Assembly (NCBI RefSeq): GCF_003790525.1
Contig: NZ_CP033635.1
DNA from: Escherichia coli
GTDB taxonomy: Bacteria > Pseudomonadota > Gammaproteobacteria > Enterobacterales > Enterobacteriaceae
Length of the DNA stretch: 64,000 nucleotides
Strand: one strand, 5' to 3'
Position 1 is the first letter of the stretch. Every line of letters starts with the position of its first letter. The position numbers were made by a program, and so were the translations under genes. This document shows positions 44,379 to 57,554 of this stretch, piece after piece. Under the pieces are notes generated by a model. That model had not been told where the DNA came from. It ran no database searches and saw nothing but the letters and a program-made list of their open reading frames with translations.

Positions 44379-45337
44379 CGATACGCGGCAACAAGATTAG
44401 CCATCATTTCGATATGTTCTGGCGTGGCATTAAGCGCCGGAATATATTCATATTTTTTCCCGCCCGCACCGAGGAAGACCTCACGGTTTTGCTCGGCAAT
44501 CTCTTCCAGCGTCTCCAGACAATCCGCAGCAAAGCCCGGGCACATCACCTGAATATGACCTACGCCTTTTTCTCCGAGCATTTTCAGCGTTTCGTCGGTA
44601 TAAGGCATCAGCCAGGGTTCCCGCCCAAAGCGCGACTGAAAGGTCATCATCACTTTTTCCGGTGCCATCTCCAGTGCGGAAGCCAGTTCGCGAGTCGTTG
44701 TGCGGCAATGTTGCGGATAATCATCGCCTTCATCTGCATAACGCTGGGGAATGCCATGATAAGAGAGCAACAGCAGATCCGGTTCGCCATGTTTGGCAAA
44801 AGAAGCGCGTACGCTGTTCGCCAGTGCATTAATATAATCGTGGTTATCGGCGTAATCACGAATAAACGATATCCCCGGAATGCTACGTTTGCGCGCCAGA
44901 ATTCGCGCCAGTTCATCCCATACCGCACCGACAGTTGAACAGGAGTATTGCGGATAAAGCGGCAGCACCACAATATGATCTACATGCTCTGCCAGAAGTT
45001 CATCTACGGCGCTTTCCAGTGATGGCGAGCCGTAGCTCATTCCCAGCGCTACGGGCGTCTCCGGTAAACGTTGTGCCAGCGCCTGCTGTTGCTGGCGGCT
45101 GTAAACCATCAGCGGCGAGCCACCTTCCATCCAGACAGAGGCATACAGCTTCGCCACACGCGGCGAGCGCAGCGGCAAAATCACGCCGCGCAGCAACGGC
45201 CACCATAACAACCGTGAGGTATCAACCACGCGTCTGTCGCTTAAAAATTGTTTCAGATAGCGTTTTACCGCTTCAGGTGTGGGGGCATCGGGCGTACCCA
45301 GGTTTGCCAGCAGGATACCGGTTTTAGTCTGACGCAT
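44375..45337 (-). CDS. hemH: Ferrochelatase
   Basis: ORF track, 320 aa; recognised HemH; 3' end overlaps aes 3' end by 4 nt (convergent). Confidence 0.92.
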
Positions 45338-45468
45338 TACCGCCTCTTATCGATTCAACTTGTTGATAATTGTAGCGGAAAAGTGAAGAAGAAGAACTAA
45401 TTGCTGTGAGAGGTATTGCCTGAGGAGGATGAGCAGACCTGCCCGAAAGCAGATCTGCTGCGGCTTGA

Positions 45469-46185
<717 letters not shown>

Positions 46186-46249
46186 TCAAGAAAGGCACCT
46201 GGGGCTGAAACGGTTAATGGCGAGATAATTTGCGGAAAGTGCAGATGAT

Positions 46250-46289
46250 GAAAAGAAAAATGCCGGATGACACAAAGGTCATCCGGCAT
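46250..46289 (-). terminator. Rho-independent terminator downstream of htpG
   Basis: Minus-strand hairpin GCCGGATGACC...GTCATCCGGC followed by a U-rich tract. Confidence 0.5.
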
Positions 46290-46293
46290 GACA

Positions 46294-48168
46294 TCAGGAA
46301 ACCAGCAGCTGGTTCATACGACGAATAAACAGGTTCGGATCTTCCAGCGTGCCGCGTTCTGCCAGCAGCGCCTGATCCAGCAGCAGTTCTACCCACTCGC
46401 TGAACTTGGCTTCATCTTCAGTATCTGCCGCACGTTTCACCAGTACGTGATCCGGGTTCAGTTCGAAGATGTATTTCACTTCCGGCACTTTCTGGCCCGC
46501 TGCGGCAAACAGTTTCGCTATCTGGGTGCTCATTTCGTCCGCGTCGGTAGAGACAATCGCTGGCGTATCGGTCAGACGGTGAGTCAGACGGACATCTTTC
46601 ACGCGCTCGCCGAGCAGGGCTTTCACACGGTCGATGAACGGAGTCAGTGCTTTCTCCGCTTCTTTCGCGCTCTCATCAACTTCGTCAGCCAGTTTTTCCA
46701 GCGACTCGTCAACTTTAGACACAGACTGGAACGGTTTACCGTCGAACTCAGTCAGATAGTTCATCATCCACTCATCGATGCGGTCGGAAAGCAGCAGAAC
46801 TTCGATGCCTTTCTTACGCAGCAGTTCCAGGTGCGGGCTGCTCTTCGCTGCCGCATAGCTGTCTGCGGTGATGTAGTAGATTTTCTCCTGCCCTTCTTTC
46901 ATGCGGGAAACGTAGTCTTCCAGAGATACGGTCTGCGCAGAAGAATCGGTATGGGTAGAAGCAAAACGCAGCAATTTGGCGATCGCTTCCTGGTTAGCGA
47001 AATCTTCCGCCGGACCTTCTTTCAGTACCAGGCCAAACTGTTGCCAGAAGGTCTGGTATTTTTCCGCGTCGTCTTTCGCCAGTTTTTCCAGCATTTGCAG
47101 CACACGCTTGGTCAGCGCATTGCGCAGGTTACGCGTTACCGTGCTGTCCTGGAGGATTTCACGGGAAACGTTCAGCGGCAGATCGCTGGAGTCAATCAGA
47201 CCACGCACGAAGCGCAGATAGTTCGGCATGAACTGTTCTGCGTCGTCCATGATGAACACACGCTGGACGTACAGTTTCAGTCCGTGTTTATGATCGCGGT
47301 TCCACATATCCCACGGAGCCTGGGACGGAATGTACAGCAGGCTGGTGTACTCCTGCTTACCTTCAACGCGGTTGTGGCTCCAGGTCAGCGGATCGTTAAA
47401 GTCGTGGGCGATGTGTTTGTAGAACTCTTTGTACTCTTCATCGGTGATTTCCGACTTGTTACGAGTCCACAGCGCCTGCGCTTTGTTGATTTTCTCCCAG
47501 GAGATAACGGTTTCGCCGTCTTTCTCTTCGCGTTTTTCGATCTCTACCGGCAGCGCGATATGGTCGGAGTATTTGCTGATGATGGAACGCACGCGCCAGT
47601 CATCGAGGAACTCGTCTTCGCCTTCACGCAGATGCAGGGTGATTTCAGTACCACGATCTTCTTTGGTGATATCGGCAACGGTGTATTCACCTTCGCCAGC
47701 CGATTCCCAGAAGACGCCATTTTCTGGTTTTTCGCCTGCCGCGCGAGTACGCACGGTCACTTTGTCGGCCACGATAAACGCAGAGTAGAAACCAACACCA
47801 AACTGACCGATCAGCTGGCTGTCTTTCGCCTGGTCAGAACCCAGGGATTCGAGGAATGATTTGGTGCCGGATTTAGCGATAGTCCCCAGATGGTCAATCA
47901 CTTCGTCGCGGGTCATCCCCACGCCGTTATCGGAGATGGTCAGCGTGCGCTTGTCTTTATCGAAAGAGACACGAACGCGCAGTTCGCCATCACCTTCGTA
48001 CAGGTCCGGGTTAGAGAGCGCGCGGAAACGCAGCTTGTCCGCCGCATCGGAGGCGTTAGAGATAAGCTCACGCAGGAAGATTTCTTTATTGGAATAGAGA
48101 GAATGGATCATCAGGTGCAGAAGCTGTTTCACTTCTGACTGAAAACCACGAGTTTCTTGTCCTTTCAT
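46294..48168 (-). CDS. htpG: Hsp90-family molecular chaperone
   Basis: ORF track, 624 aa; recognised HtpG. Confidence 0.95.
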   Translation of the reverse strand: MKGQETRGFQSEVKQLLHLMIHSLYSNKEIFLRELISNASDAADKLRFRALSNPDLYEGDGELRVRVSFDKDKRTLTISDNGVGMTRDEVIDHLGTIAKSGTKSFLESLGSDQAKDSQLIGQFGVGFYSAFIVADKVTVRTRAAGEKPENGVFWESAGEGEYTVADITKEDRGTEITLHLREGEDEFLDDWRVRSIISKYSDHIALPVEIEKREEKDGETVISWEKINKAQALWTRNKSEITDEEYKEFYKHIAHDFNDPLTWSHNRVEGKQEYTSLLYIPSQAPWDMWNRDHKHGLKLYVQRVFIMDDAEQFMPNYLRFVRGLIDSSDLPLNVSREILQDSTVTRNLRNALTKRVLQMLEKLAKDDAEKYQTFWQQFGLVLKEGPAEDFANQEAIAKLLRFASTHTDSSAQTVSLEDYVSRMKEGQEKIYYITADSYAAAKSSPHLELLRKKGIEVLLLSDRIDEWMMNYLTEFDGKPFQSVSKVDESLEKLADEVDESAKEAEKALTPFIDRVKALLGERVKDVRLTHRLTDTPAIVSTDADEMSTQIAKLFAAAGQKVPEVKYIFELNPDHVLVKRAADTEDEAKFSEWVELLLDQALLAERGTLEDPNLFIRRMNQLLVS

Positions 48169-48277
48169 GTAGGTCTACCTCAATAATGCCATTTTAAGGT
48201 TAAAAACAGGATGAGGGAGAGATGGGGACAAGGGAGAATAATTTCAAGCGAGAGCAGGTGATCCTGCTCTCGTTTGC

Positions 48278-48882
48278 TTAAAAACGAATCTTATGACGCC
48301 CGGCAAGGGAGTGTGACAGCGTGGTGCCATCGACCATTTCCAGTTCGCCGCCAACCGGTACGCCATGAGCGATTCGGCTGGCTTCCACGTCATATTGCGC
48401 ACAAAGCTCGGCAATGTAGTTAGCGGTAGCTTCACCTTCAACCGTGGGATTGGTGGCGAGGATCACTTCAGTGATTTTTTCCTCTGCCAGACGCTGTTCC
48501 AGACGATCAAGGCCGATATCATCCGGACCGATGCCGTCCAGCGGTGACAGATGCCCCATCAACACAAAATAACGACCTGAAAACTGCCCCGTCTGCTCAA
48601 TGGCGTAAATGTCCGCCGGACTCTCCACCACGCAGATTTGACCGTTTTCCTGACGACGCGGATTCGAACAGATGTTACAGACTTCCTGTTCGGTGAAGGT
48701 GCGGCAATCGGCGCAGTGGCCGATTTCCGACATCGCCCGGGTGAGCGCCTGCGCCAGACGCATCCCGCCGCTACGATCGCGCTGAAGCAGCGTGAACGCC
48801 ATACGCTGCGCCGACTTCGGGCCAACGCCCGGCAGACAGCGCAGTGCTTCCATAAGCTGTGTTAACAGCGGGCTGGTTTGCA

Positions 48883-48883
<1 letters not shown>
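48278..48883 (-). CDS. recR: Recombination protein RecR
   Basis: ORF track, 201 aa; Cys4 zinc finger and Toprim; recognised. Confidence 0.93.
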
Positions 48884-49227
<344 letters not shown>

Positions 49228-49264
49228 TCACGTTAAGGATGACGAACGTAAGCTGTGCTTACGA

Positions 49265-51196
49265 TCAAATGGGGCGGATACTTTCTTCATCCAGCTCCGC
49301 ATCGAAGAATCGACGCAGGGTCTGAATATTATTATCCGCAATAATGGACTCGCGCGCCTGCGCAAGTTTTTCTTCGTATATCGCCTGACGCCATTCCAGC
49401 GGCGTACGCACCGCGGGATTATCATCTTCAACGATAGTCAGTTCAACCGTTGAACCTTTTAACGTGCTCAACGCTTCAGCCAGTTTTTGCTGTGCGCCGC
49501 GGTTGTTCAAATGCCGCTGAGAGGAGCGCAAATGCAGACATACTGCGTTGTCGCTCTCCTCTTTCCAGGCATTTAACGCCACCTGTTCGACCAGTTTTGG
49601 TAGCGAAAGTTGACTCACCTGAGCCGCCCACGGGTCGCGCTCAATGGCTTCTGCCGCCAGCTTCGCCGCCAGTTCCGGCGTTTTTTCATGTTCCAGCGCT
49701 TTTTTCAGCGCCTTCGGCGTGGCGACCACTTCTTTTTGCTGCATCACTGGAGTGGTCGCCTTCCAGCGATACGCTTCTTTTTTGGCTGGCGCTTTTTCCA
49801 GCGCCGATGGCACCGGGCGCGCCTGAACGCGATCGGTGACCGAAGCCAGTCTTTCCAGCGCAGCGTTATTCACCGGCCGCGCGCGGGTAGCGGCTGCCGG
49901 TTCACTCTTTTTTGCTTTGGTTGCTCCCTGCACGCGCTGCAACTGCTGGCGCGCCGCCAGCACCTGGCTGGTGGTTTCCGGGAGCGGTACAGTCGGTGCC
50001 TGCTGCGGCGCTGATTGCGGTTGCGGCGGCACCTGGGTTGGCGTCATTACTGCCGTTGGCGCAACGGGCGCAAAGGACTGGCGTGGCACTTCTGGCTCAG
50101 GCAGAGGCATACGCGGATGGAACGCCAGCGCGCGCAGCAGCGTCATCTCAACGCCCATGCGGCGGTCCGGCGCATACGGTAATTCTTTGCGACCAATCAA
50201 CAGCGTTTGATAGTAAAGCTGAATATCCGTCGGCGGTATGGTACGCGCCAGTTCACGCATCCGCAGCTCGATGGCGGCCATGTCGTTGCCAAGTGCAGCA
50301 GGCGAAAGTTGTACCATCGCAATACGATGCAACAAACCGAGCATTTCCACCAGCAACGCTTCCCACTCGATACCACGGGCAGCAGCTTCATTAATTAGCG
50401 CCATTACGCGCTCGCCGTTGGCCTCGACCATCGCTTCAACCAGCGACAACGCCTGATCGTCGTCAAGCGTACCCAGCATCGCACTGACGGCCTGGGTTGA
50501 AACCTGGCCGTCACCGCTGGCAATCGCCTGGTCGGTCAGACTTAAGGCATCTCGCAAGCTGCCTTCAGCGGCGCGCGCCAGTAATTGCAACGCCCGCGGC
50601 TCGTGAGCGATATGTTCTTCGTTGAGGATGTGCTCAAGCTGATGGCGAATTTGCTCGACATCCAGCGCCTTGAGATGGAATTGCAGACAGCGCGACAAAA
50701 TCGTCACCGGCAATTTCTGCGGATCGGTCGTCGCCAGCAGAAACTTAACGTGCTCCGGCGGCTCTTCAAGGGTTTTTAACAGTGCGTTAAAGCTGTGGCG
50801 CGACAGCATATGCACTTCGTCGATGAGATAAACTTTGAAACGACCACGCGCCGGAGCGTACTGGACGTTATCCAGCAGGTCGCGAGTGTCTTCAACTTTA
50901 GTACGCGAGGCGGCGTCGATTTCAATCAGATCGACAAAGCGCCCCTGCTCGATTTCACGACAGTTATCGCACACGCCGCACGGCGTCGCGGTAATGCCGG
51001 TTTCGCAGTTTAGCCCCTTCGCCAGCAGTCGGGCGATAGAGGTTTTTCCGACGCCACGGGTACCGGAAAAAAGATAAGCATGATGAATACGCCCTAACGA
51101 CAAGCCGTTCGCCAGTGCGGTCAGCACATGTTCCTGGCCGACGACGTCAGCAAAGGTTTGTGGGCGCCATTTTCGGGCTAAGACCTGATAACTCAT
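49265..51196 (-). CDS. dnaX: DNA polymerase III tau subunit (gamma made by -1 frameshift)
   Basis: ORF track, 643 aa; recognised DnaX. Confidence 0.95.
   Translation of the reverse strand: MSYQVLARKWRPQTFADVVGQEHVLTALANGLSLGRIHHAYLFSGTRGVGKTSIARLLAKGLNCETGITATPCGVCDNCREIEQGRFVDLIEIDAASRTKVEDTRDLLDNVQYAPARGRFKVYLIDEVHMLSRHSFNALLKTLEEPPEHVKFLLATTDPQKLPVTILSRCLQFHLKALDVEQIRHQLEHILNEEHIAHEPRALQLLARAAEGSLRDALSLTDQAIASGDGQVSTQAVSAMLGTLDDDQALSLVEAMVEANGERVMALINEAAARGIEWEALLVEMLGLLHRIAMVQLSPAALGNDMAAIELRMRELARTIPPTDIQLYYQTLLIGRKELPYAPDRRMGVEMTLLRALAFHPRMPLPEPEVPRQSFAPVAPTAVMTPTQVPPQPQSAPQQAPTVPLPETTSQVLAARQQLQRVQGATKAKKSEPAAATRARPVNNAALERLASVTDRVQARPVPSALEKAPAKKEAYRWKATTPVMQQKEVVATPKALKKALEHEKTPELAAKLAAEAIERDPWAAQVSQLSLPKLVEQVALNAWKEESDNAVCLHLRSSQRHLNNRGAQQKLAEALSTLKGSTVELTIVEDDNPAVRTPLEWRQAIYEEKLAQARESIIADNNIQTLRRFFDAELDEESIRPI
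49870..49914 (-). other. dnaX programmed -1 ribosomal frameshift signal: slippery heptamer A_AAA_AAG plus downstream stem-loop
   Basis: Minus-strand GCA AAA AAG AGU GAA CCGGCAGCCGCUACCCGCGCGCGGCCGG; heptamer at plus-strand 49908-49914, GC-rich palindrome at about 49872-49900. Confidence 0.8.
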
Positions 51197-51324
51197 TGGC
51201 AGGCTCTGAAACGCTGGAAGGTGGATTCACGAGGGGGTAATGCTAACACAGCCCCGTCAGAACGGCGAGGCTGAATGCACATCTTGTGCTGTCCGTAGCG
51301 TGGGCAGCACAAGACTGGCGATAA

Positions 51325-51876
51325 TTAATGGCCCGGGAACGGGACAAGGCTGTAGCTGGTAATGCCCTGTTTTTCGAGACGCTGCTCGCCGCCGAGATCG
51401 AACAGGTTGATAATGAACGCAGCGTCAGCTACTTCACCACCCAGACGACGGATCAGTTTAACGGTCGCTTCGATAGTGCCGCCGGTTGCCAGCAGATCGT
51501 CCACCACCAGAACTTTGTCGCCCGGTTTGATGGCATCAACGTGGATTTCCAGCTGATCGGTGCCGTATTCCAGGTCGTAAGTTTCACTGATGGTTTCACG
51601 CGGCAGTTTGCCCGGTTTACGGACCGGTACAAAGCCAACGCCCAGACCCAGAGCTACCGGAGCGCCAAACAAGAAGCCACGCGCTTCGGTGCCGACAACT
51701 TTGGTAATGCCCGCATTTTTGTAACGCTCAACCAGCAAGTCGATGCTGAGAGCGTAAGCTTTCGGGTCTTCCAGTAAGCTGGTGACATCACGGAAAAGAA
51801 TGCCGGGTTTTGGGTAGTCCTGAATGCTTTTGATGCTATTTTTGAGATACTCAAGCTGCTGTGCAGTCGCGGTCAT
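51325..51876 (-). CDS. apt: Adenine phosphoribosyltransferase
   Basis: ORF track 51325..51930; start placed at [15 protein letters not shown] (~183 aa). Confidence 0.9.
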
Positions 51877-52028
51877 AAGTGTATGCCTGCTTGTTACGGT
51901 GGTACTCACGGCGCGTTTTAAACGTATCAAAAGTAACAGTTGTTTAACCTTTGACCGCCTGCGCCTGTGCTCGAAAACGCCAGAATGTACTGGCTGTACG
52001 CAATAATTGCAACTGCGATTGTTGTGCT

Positions 52029-52406
52029 TCAGTGCTTTTCTTGCTTTTCATCAATCACCGGAATTCGCCACATATAAAAAAGCAAACAGGCGAGAATTAC
52101 CAGCAACATGATGCGCACCCATGGCATCTGGACGAACCACAGAGAAATGGCAAACGTGAGCAAAATAAGCAAAATCGCCCGCGGTTTGACGCCGCGCGGC
52201 ATCGCATGATGTTTCTGCCAGAAACGTAGATAGCTGCCAAACCATGAGCGGTACAGCAACCAGGCGTGAAAGCGCGGGGAAGAACGGGCAAAGCACCAGG
52301 CCGCCAGCAGGATAAACGGCGTCGTCGGTAATACCGGTAATACCACGCCCAGCGTACCCAGCACTACCGCCAGCCAGCCAATGATGATTAAAATGATTCG
52401 TTGCAT
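52029..52406 (-). CDS. ybaN: DUF454 inner-membrane protein
   Basis: ORF track, 125 aa; recognised YbaN. Confidence 0.8.
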
Positions 52407-52475
52407 ATTGAGTGTTGTCAGCTTACAGAGTTGCTACTTTAGCATAACAATTATCATTTTCATTGAGGTCTTATC

Positions 52476-53003
52476 GTGAAAACCGCCCTGCTGCTGGAAA
52501 AACTGGAAGGACAGCTCGCCACGCTGCGTCAGCGTTGTGCCCCGGTAGCGCAATTTGCCACGCTAAGTGCCCGTTTTGACAGGCACCTTTTTCAGACCCG
52601 TGCGACAACACTACAGGCTTGTCTCGATGAGGCGGGCGATAATCTGTCTGCGCTTCGTCATGCCGTTGAGCAACAGCAACTGCCGCAAGTGGCCTGGCTG
52701 GCGGAACATCTGGCGGCGCAACTGGAGGCTATAGCGCGTGAAGCCACAGCCTGGTCGCTACGCGAGTGGGACAGTGCGCCACCGAAAATTGCCCGCTGGC
52801 AGCGTAAACGTATTCAGCATCAGGATTTTGAGCGGCGGCTACGTGAGATGGTTGCCGAACGTCGAGCCCGCCTGGCGCGGGTGACCGATCTCGTGGAACA
52901 GCAAACGCTGCATCGTGAAGTGGAAGCCTATGAAGCGCGCCTGGCACGCTGCCGCCATGCGCTGGATAAAATCGAAAACAGGCTAGCGCGTTTAACCCGC
53001 TAG
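52476..53003 (+). CDS. priC: Primosomal replication protein N''
   Basis: ORF track, 175 aa; recognised PriC. Confidence 0.88.
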   Translation: MKTALLLEKLEGQLATLRQRCAPVAQFATLSARFDRHLFQTRATTLQACLDEAGDNLSALRHAVEQQQLPQVAWLAEHLAAQLEAIAREATAWSLREWDSAPPKIARWQRKRIQHQDFERRLREMVAERRARLARVTDLVEQQTLHREVEAYEARLARCRHALDKIENRLARLTR

Positions 53004-53016
53004 CAATGGAGAAAGT

Positions 53017-53178
53017 ATGTCACTGGAAAATGCCCCTGACGATGTCAAACTGGCTGTCGATTTGATTGTACTGCTGGAAGAAAATCAGATCCCAGCCCGC
53101 ACCGTGCTGCGCGCGCTGGATATTGTAAAGCGTGATTATGAAAAGAAGTTACAGAGCGATGATGAGGCGGAAAAGTGA
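53017..53178 (+). CDS. ybaM: Small protein YbaM (DUF2496), 53 aa
   Basis: Hand-translated ORF below the track's 60-aa cutoff: [53 protein letters not shown]; 13 nt downstream of priC. Confidence 0.7.
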   Translation: MSLENAPDDVKLAVDLIVLLEENQIPARTVLRALDIVKRDYEKKLQSDDEAEK

Positions 53179-53229
53179 GAAATAAATGGGGTCGCTAAAT
53201 GTCCCCTAAGATTGCGGGCAAACGCAAAA

Positions 53230-53330
53230 CTGCCTGATGCGCTACGCTTATCAGGCCTACACCGCTCCTGCAATATATTGAATTCTTGCGGTTTCGTAGG
53301 CCGGATAAGGCGGTCACGCCGCATCCGGCA
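53230..53330. repeat. REP/BIME pair
   Basis: GCCTGATGCGCTACGCTTATCAGGCCTAC and GTAGGCCGGATAAGGCGGTCACGCCGCATCCGGC. Confidence 0.85.
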
Positions 53331-53389
53331 TGAACAACGCGCACTTTGTCAGTAATCTCGGGGCAACTAAATGTCGCCCCCTTTGGTTA

Positions 53390-56300
53390 TTACCCTACCG
53401 CTGGTGTCGGATCGTCGCCTTTGTAGTCGCGTTTGACTTCCGTCACCTCATCGCCCTTCTCGTTGTGCAGATGCACTTCAAGCTGGTTAAAGGCAATGTT
53501 GATGTCGTTTTCACGGCACAGCTGATCGATAGTACGGTTCAGCTCATCGACAGTACGGCTACGGTCACGCAGTTCACGCACATACAGACGCAGCTCATGA
53601 TCCAACGTGCTGGCACCAAACGCCGTAAAGAAGACTTCCGGCATTGGTTCGTGCATCACCCTTGGGTGCTCAGTCGCCGCCTTCAGTAATACTTTACGCA
53701 CTTTTTCCAGATCGGAGCCATAGGCCACGCCGAGACGGATCACCAGACGCGTAGTCGTGTCAGTCAACGACCAGTTGATCAGACGCTCGGTAACAAACGC
53801 TTTGTTCGGGATGATCACTTCTTTGCGATCGAAATCGGTAATCGTTGTCGCACGAATACGGATCTTACTTACCGTCCCCGAGAAGCTACCAATGGTTACC
53901 GTATCGCCAATGCGCACCGGACGTTCGAACAGAATGATCAAACCGGAGACGAAGTTACCGAAAATTTCTTGTAAACCAAAACCAAGACCTACGGATAATG
54001 CTGCCGCCAGCCACTGGAGTTTATCCCAAGAGACGCCCAGCGATCCGAACACCGTCATCGCACCAACGGCAATAATGATGTAGTTAAGGATGGTAGTAAT
54101 GGCATACGACGCGCCCTGGCGCATATTCAATCGCGAGAGCACCAGCACTTCCAGCAAACCAGGCAGGTTGCGAATCAACGCCCAGGCCACCATTGAGGCG
54201 ATAATCGCAAACAACAGACTGCCCATGGTGACGTTTTTCACCACCGCAGCACCAGCTTCAGTACCGTTGTAATGCCAGAGCGTAATGCTGTCGAGATAGC
54301 TGAACACGGTGATCAAATCGGACCAAATTGCCCAGAACATGACACCGAACAGCGCAAACATCAGCAACATGGTAATACGCAGCGTCTGCTGGTTAACTTG
54401 CTCCAGTGCAATGGTGGGTTCTTCCGGCGGTTCGGCACCTTCTGCGCCCTCTTTCACCAGATTCTGCCGACGCGCCAGCGCACGACGCCAGGCGATACGC
54501 CGCGCCGCTACGCTTAAGCCGCGCAATACCGTCTGGTACAGCAGGTTCCAGATGATCACCAAATAAACGGTTTCAATCCAACGCCCGGAGAGGCGCAGCG
54601 TGGTGTAGAAATAACCCGTGGCGGTCAGCACCATCAACGCAATCGGGATAATCGACAGTACGGTAATGGTGACCAGTCGCATGGTGTGCGACTCTTTATC
54701 ACGCCAGCTTTCGCGGCACATCGGCCACACCAGGAAGGCAATCAGCAGCAAGTTGAAGAAAATCATCGCCTGCCCCAGCACATCATCCATCAGATGCAGC
54801 GGGGAAAGTTCTGCCACCACAGACCAGAAATGGATAGGCAGCAATGCGAGACTGATGCGGACAATTTGCCGACGCCAGTGGCTGGTCTGCTGTTCCGGCA
54901 TGCCGAAGTGACGCACGGCAACGCCGTTTTTCTCCAACACTTTCCAGCACAGGCCAAACACCAGCCAGAAAATCGCCAGTTTTTTACTGAACGACCATAG
55001 CAGTTCGCTGATGTTGAGCTGCATGGTCAACAGAATCAGGCCAACCGCGAGAATAATCAGGCACACCGGCAGCGCACGGATCAGGTCGATAAGGATCGCT
55101 TTTGGTGTGTTGAGCTGGCTGTCGTTACGCAGGGAACCCACAGCGGAAGCCAGTTTTTGTTGATACGCTTTCAGCCAGCCCAGACGCCAGTGGATCAGCC
55201 CGGCAATCAACAGCAGCGGCAAACCAGCGAGGAAAGCGATAAAAACGGCAGGCCAGGCTTTTTCCCAGTTCACCGTGATTTTCATCGACTTAAATTCATC
55301 TTTCAGGCTTTGCGGGAACGCTTTGATCCAGTTCCAGTCCATTGGACGGTTACTGTTCACCCAAAAGATTTGCTGAGTCAGGATGGATTTCAGGTTTTTC
55401 GACACACTCATTAACTGCTGCTGGTTGATTTGCAGGTTAATGGCCATCATCAATTGGTTACCCAACTGTTTGTTAAGCTGATCCAGCAATTCGCGACGCA
55501 TATCAACCACTTGCAATAATGCATCGTGAACTTCGCTGTTGACTTCGTTGGTGTGACCTTCTTCCAGTTTGTTGACGAACGCATCGCTCTGGAAGAGTGC
55601 ATCACGCTGCTGGTTAACTTCAAACTGTTCGAGACGCAAATCCGCGATGCGGTTGGTCATGTTTTCCAGTTCATCCGCCGAGGGCAGCGTTTGTTGTTGC
55701 TGGTAAAGGATACGAGACAACAGCAGGCTGCCCTTCAGGACGGCAATCTGCTCTTTAATATTGCGTTCCGATTGCAGCGCCCGCTCCAGCCAGTTTTTGA
55801 CTTTAATGTTTTGCTGCATCAACTGATTACCGTTTTCAGTCGCGGTAATCAGACGCTGACTTAACTGCTGGTTAATTTCCAGTTCCTGCTTCACCAGCGG
55901 ATTAGCCTGAATACGCGCGGCTTCATCCGGGGAGACGGCCTCCTGCGCCGTTTGTTCGGTTAAAGTCAGGCGCTTGCTGTTTACCGCTTCTTGCAACAGC
56001 TGCAACTGGTGCTCCAGACGGGCGCTGTTCGCCGTCACGTAATCCCGTTGCTTTTGCAAGGTATCCTGTAAGACTGTGTTTCCTTCCAGGCTTTTACGCT
56101 GCTGGTCAATCTCCGCATTCAGCAACGCCTGCTGGGCCTGCATTAACACTTTCTGGCTGGGACGTAAGGCAGTCTCGCCGACATCAGTCCCATCCAGACG
56201 ACTGCGAATTTGTTGCAGCTGCTGCGAAGCGTTATACATCGCATTTTGCACGCGTTCGGGCTGCGTCTGTAACGAAACCAGCTGGCTGTTATAAGACGCC

Positions 56301-56752
56301 AGATCGTTTTGTGCGTTTTGCAAATCGTCCAGCGCCTGGGCAACGCGAGTTTCCAGCTGGCGCAACGAAAGCGTGCTCAGAATTTTGCGCGTTTCTTCGT
56401 CATTATCGACATCGCTAAGTGCTGTTAACGCTGCGGTCGCCTGACGCATTTTTTCCGGCGCTTCAGCGACTTTTTGCCGTAGCTGAACTGTCTCTTCTTT
56501 TACGCGATCGATTTTATCGAGGGTGGCTAATGTATCTGTCAGATCCTGCTGCACCAGTTTGTCCTGAGCAGAAAGATCTTTTTGTTTATTCAGTGAGTCA
56601 AGTTGTGCCTGCAGGTCCGCTTTTGTCGGCAGATCACCATTCGATGACGCCCGCGCAAACGCCGTGTTCTGGCATAACAAGACAAAAACAAAAGCAATAA
56701 ATGCTGAAAAAACAAAATGCCGTGATCGTTTGTAATACTGGAACATAGTCAT
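53390..56752 (-). CDS. mscK: Potassium-dependent mechanosensitive channel (MscS family, large periplasmic N-domain)
   Basis: ORF track, 1120 aa; recognised MscK/KefA. Confidence 0.92.
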   Translation of the reverse strand: MTMFQYYKRSRHFVFSAFIAFVFVLLCQNTAFARASSNGDLPTKADLQAQLDSLNKQKDLSAQDKLVQQDLTDTLATLDKIDRVKEETVQLRQKVAEAPEKMRQATAALTALSDVDNDEETRKILSTLSLRQLETRVAQALDDLQNAQNDLASYNSQLVSLQTQPERVQNAMYNASQQLQQIRSRLDGTDVGETALRPSQKVLMQAQQALLNAEIDQQRKSLEGNTVLQDTLQKQRDYVTANSARLEHQLQLLQEAVNSKRLTLTEQTAQEAVSPDEAARIQANPLVKQELEINQQLSQRLITATENGNQLMQQNIKVKNWLERALQSERNIKEQIAVLKGSLLLSRILYQQQQTLPSADELENMTNRIADLRLEQFEVNQQRDALFQSDAFVNKLEEGHTNEVNSEVHDALLQVVDMRRELLDQLNKQLGNQLMMAINLQINQQQLMSVSKNLKSILTQQIFWVNSNRPMDWNWIKAFPQSLKDEFKSMKITVNWEKAWPAVFIAFLAGLPLLLIAGLIHWRLGWLKAYQQKLASAVGSLRNDSQLNTPKAILIDLIRALPVCLIILAVGLILLTMQLNISELLWSFSKKLAIFWLVFGLCWKVLEKNGVAVRHFGMPEQQTSHWRRQIVRISLALLPIHFWSVVAELSPLHLMDDVLGQAMIFFNLLLIAFLVWPMCRESWRDKESHTMRLVTITVLSIIPIALMVLTATGYFYTTLRLSGRWIETVYLVIIWNLLYQTVLRGLSVAARRIAWRRALARRQNLVKEGAEGAEPPEEPTIALEQVNQQTLRITMLLMFALFGVMFWAIWSDLITVFSYLDSITLWHYNGTEAGAAVVKNVTMGSLLFAIIASMVAWALIRNLPGLLEVLVLSRLNMRQGASYAITTILNYIIIAVGAMTVFGSLGVSWDKLQWLAAALSVGLGFGLQEIFGNFVSGLIILFERPVRIGDTVTIGSFSGTVSKIRIRATTITDFDRKEVIIPNKAFVTERLINWSLTDTTTRLVIRLGVAYGSDLEKVRKVLLKAATEHPRVMHEPMPEVFFTAFGASTLDHELRLYVRELRDRSRTVDELNRTIDQLCRENDINIAFNQLEVHLHNEKGDEVTEVKRDYKGDDPTPAVG

Positions 56753-56879
56753 GATGAATGAAGGTTTCTGAACCTGAAGAACGACCTGAAAAAGTCAAAC
56801 CGCAAGAATATCACGACGCAGTGAACCAGAATAGCAACGACGAAAATGTCCAGGAAAAATCCTGGAGTCAGATTCAGGG

Positions 56880-57527
56880 TTATTCGTTAGTGGCAGGATT
56901 ACGAAGCGTGGGGCACAGGAGATACATCTCCAGTAAGATGGCGACGTAATCGCGGGCTTCTTTTTTAAGATCAAAAGATTGCGGGGCAAAGAGCCAGTTT
57001 TCCATCAGGCCGGAAATATAGCCGCGCATAATAATTGCTGCGCGACGCGTCATTAAATCCGCAGGCAACATTTTCGCTTCAATACAATGTTTTAACGTTT
57101 GTTCTATACGGTCATAACTTTCCAGACAGAGATTACGTTGTGCCTGTTGCACAACAGCCATTTCTCCGACAAATTCGCATTTGTGGAATATAATCTCCAT
57201 CAATAATCGACGCCGTTCTTCTGTCACCGTGGATTCAAGAACATGAATTAATATCTCTCTTAATACTGAGAGTGGATCGCCAGGGAATTTTGCCTGATAC
57301 TCAAGCTCTAGTTCACCAATATTGGATTCTGACAGTTCCCAGATCTCACTGAACAAATCCGACTTGTCTTTAAAATGCCAGTAGATTGCACCGCGCGTAA
57401 CGCCAGCTGCTTTTGCAATCTCGCCCAGCGAGGTGGATGATACCCCCTGCTGTGAGAAAAGACGTAGAGCCACATCGAGGATGTGTTGGCGCGTTTCTTG
57501 CGCTTCTTGTTTGGTTTTTCGTGCCAT
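56880..57527 (-). CDS. acrR: TetR-family repressor of acrAB
   Basis: ORF track, 215 aa; recognised AcrR. Confidence 0.93.
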
Positions 57528-57554
57528 ATGTTCGTGAATTTACAGGCGTTAGAT

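Noticed and set aside
46267-47859. Long plus-strand ORF (530 aa) and other large antisense ORFs, e.g. 8458..9225, 42116..42844, 34328..35020, 60325..61011, 57732..58379, 32954..33406
   Set aside because: Each lies antisense to a confidently recognised conserved gene (htpG, allB, gsk, copA, acrB, acrA), has no recognisable protein features, and is the usual open antisense frame of GC-rich coding sequence.
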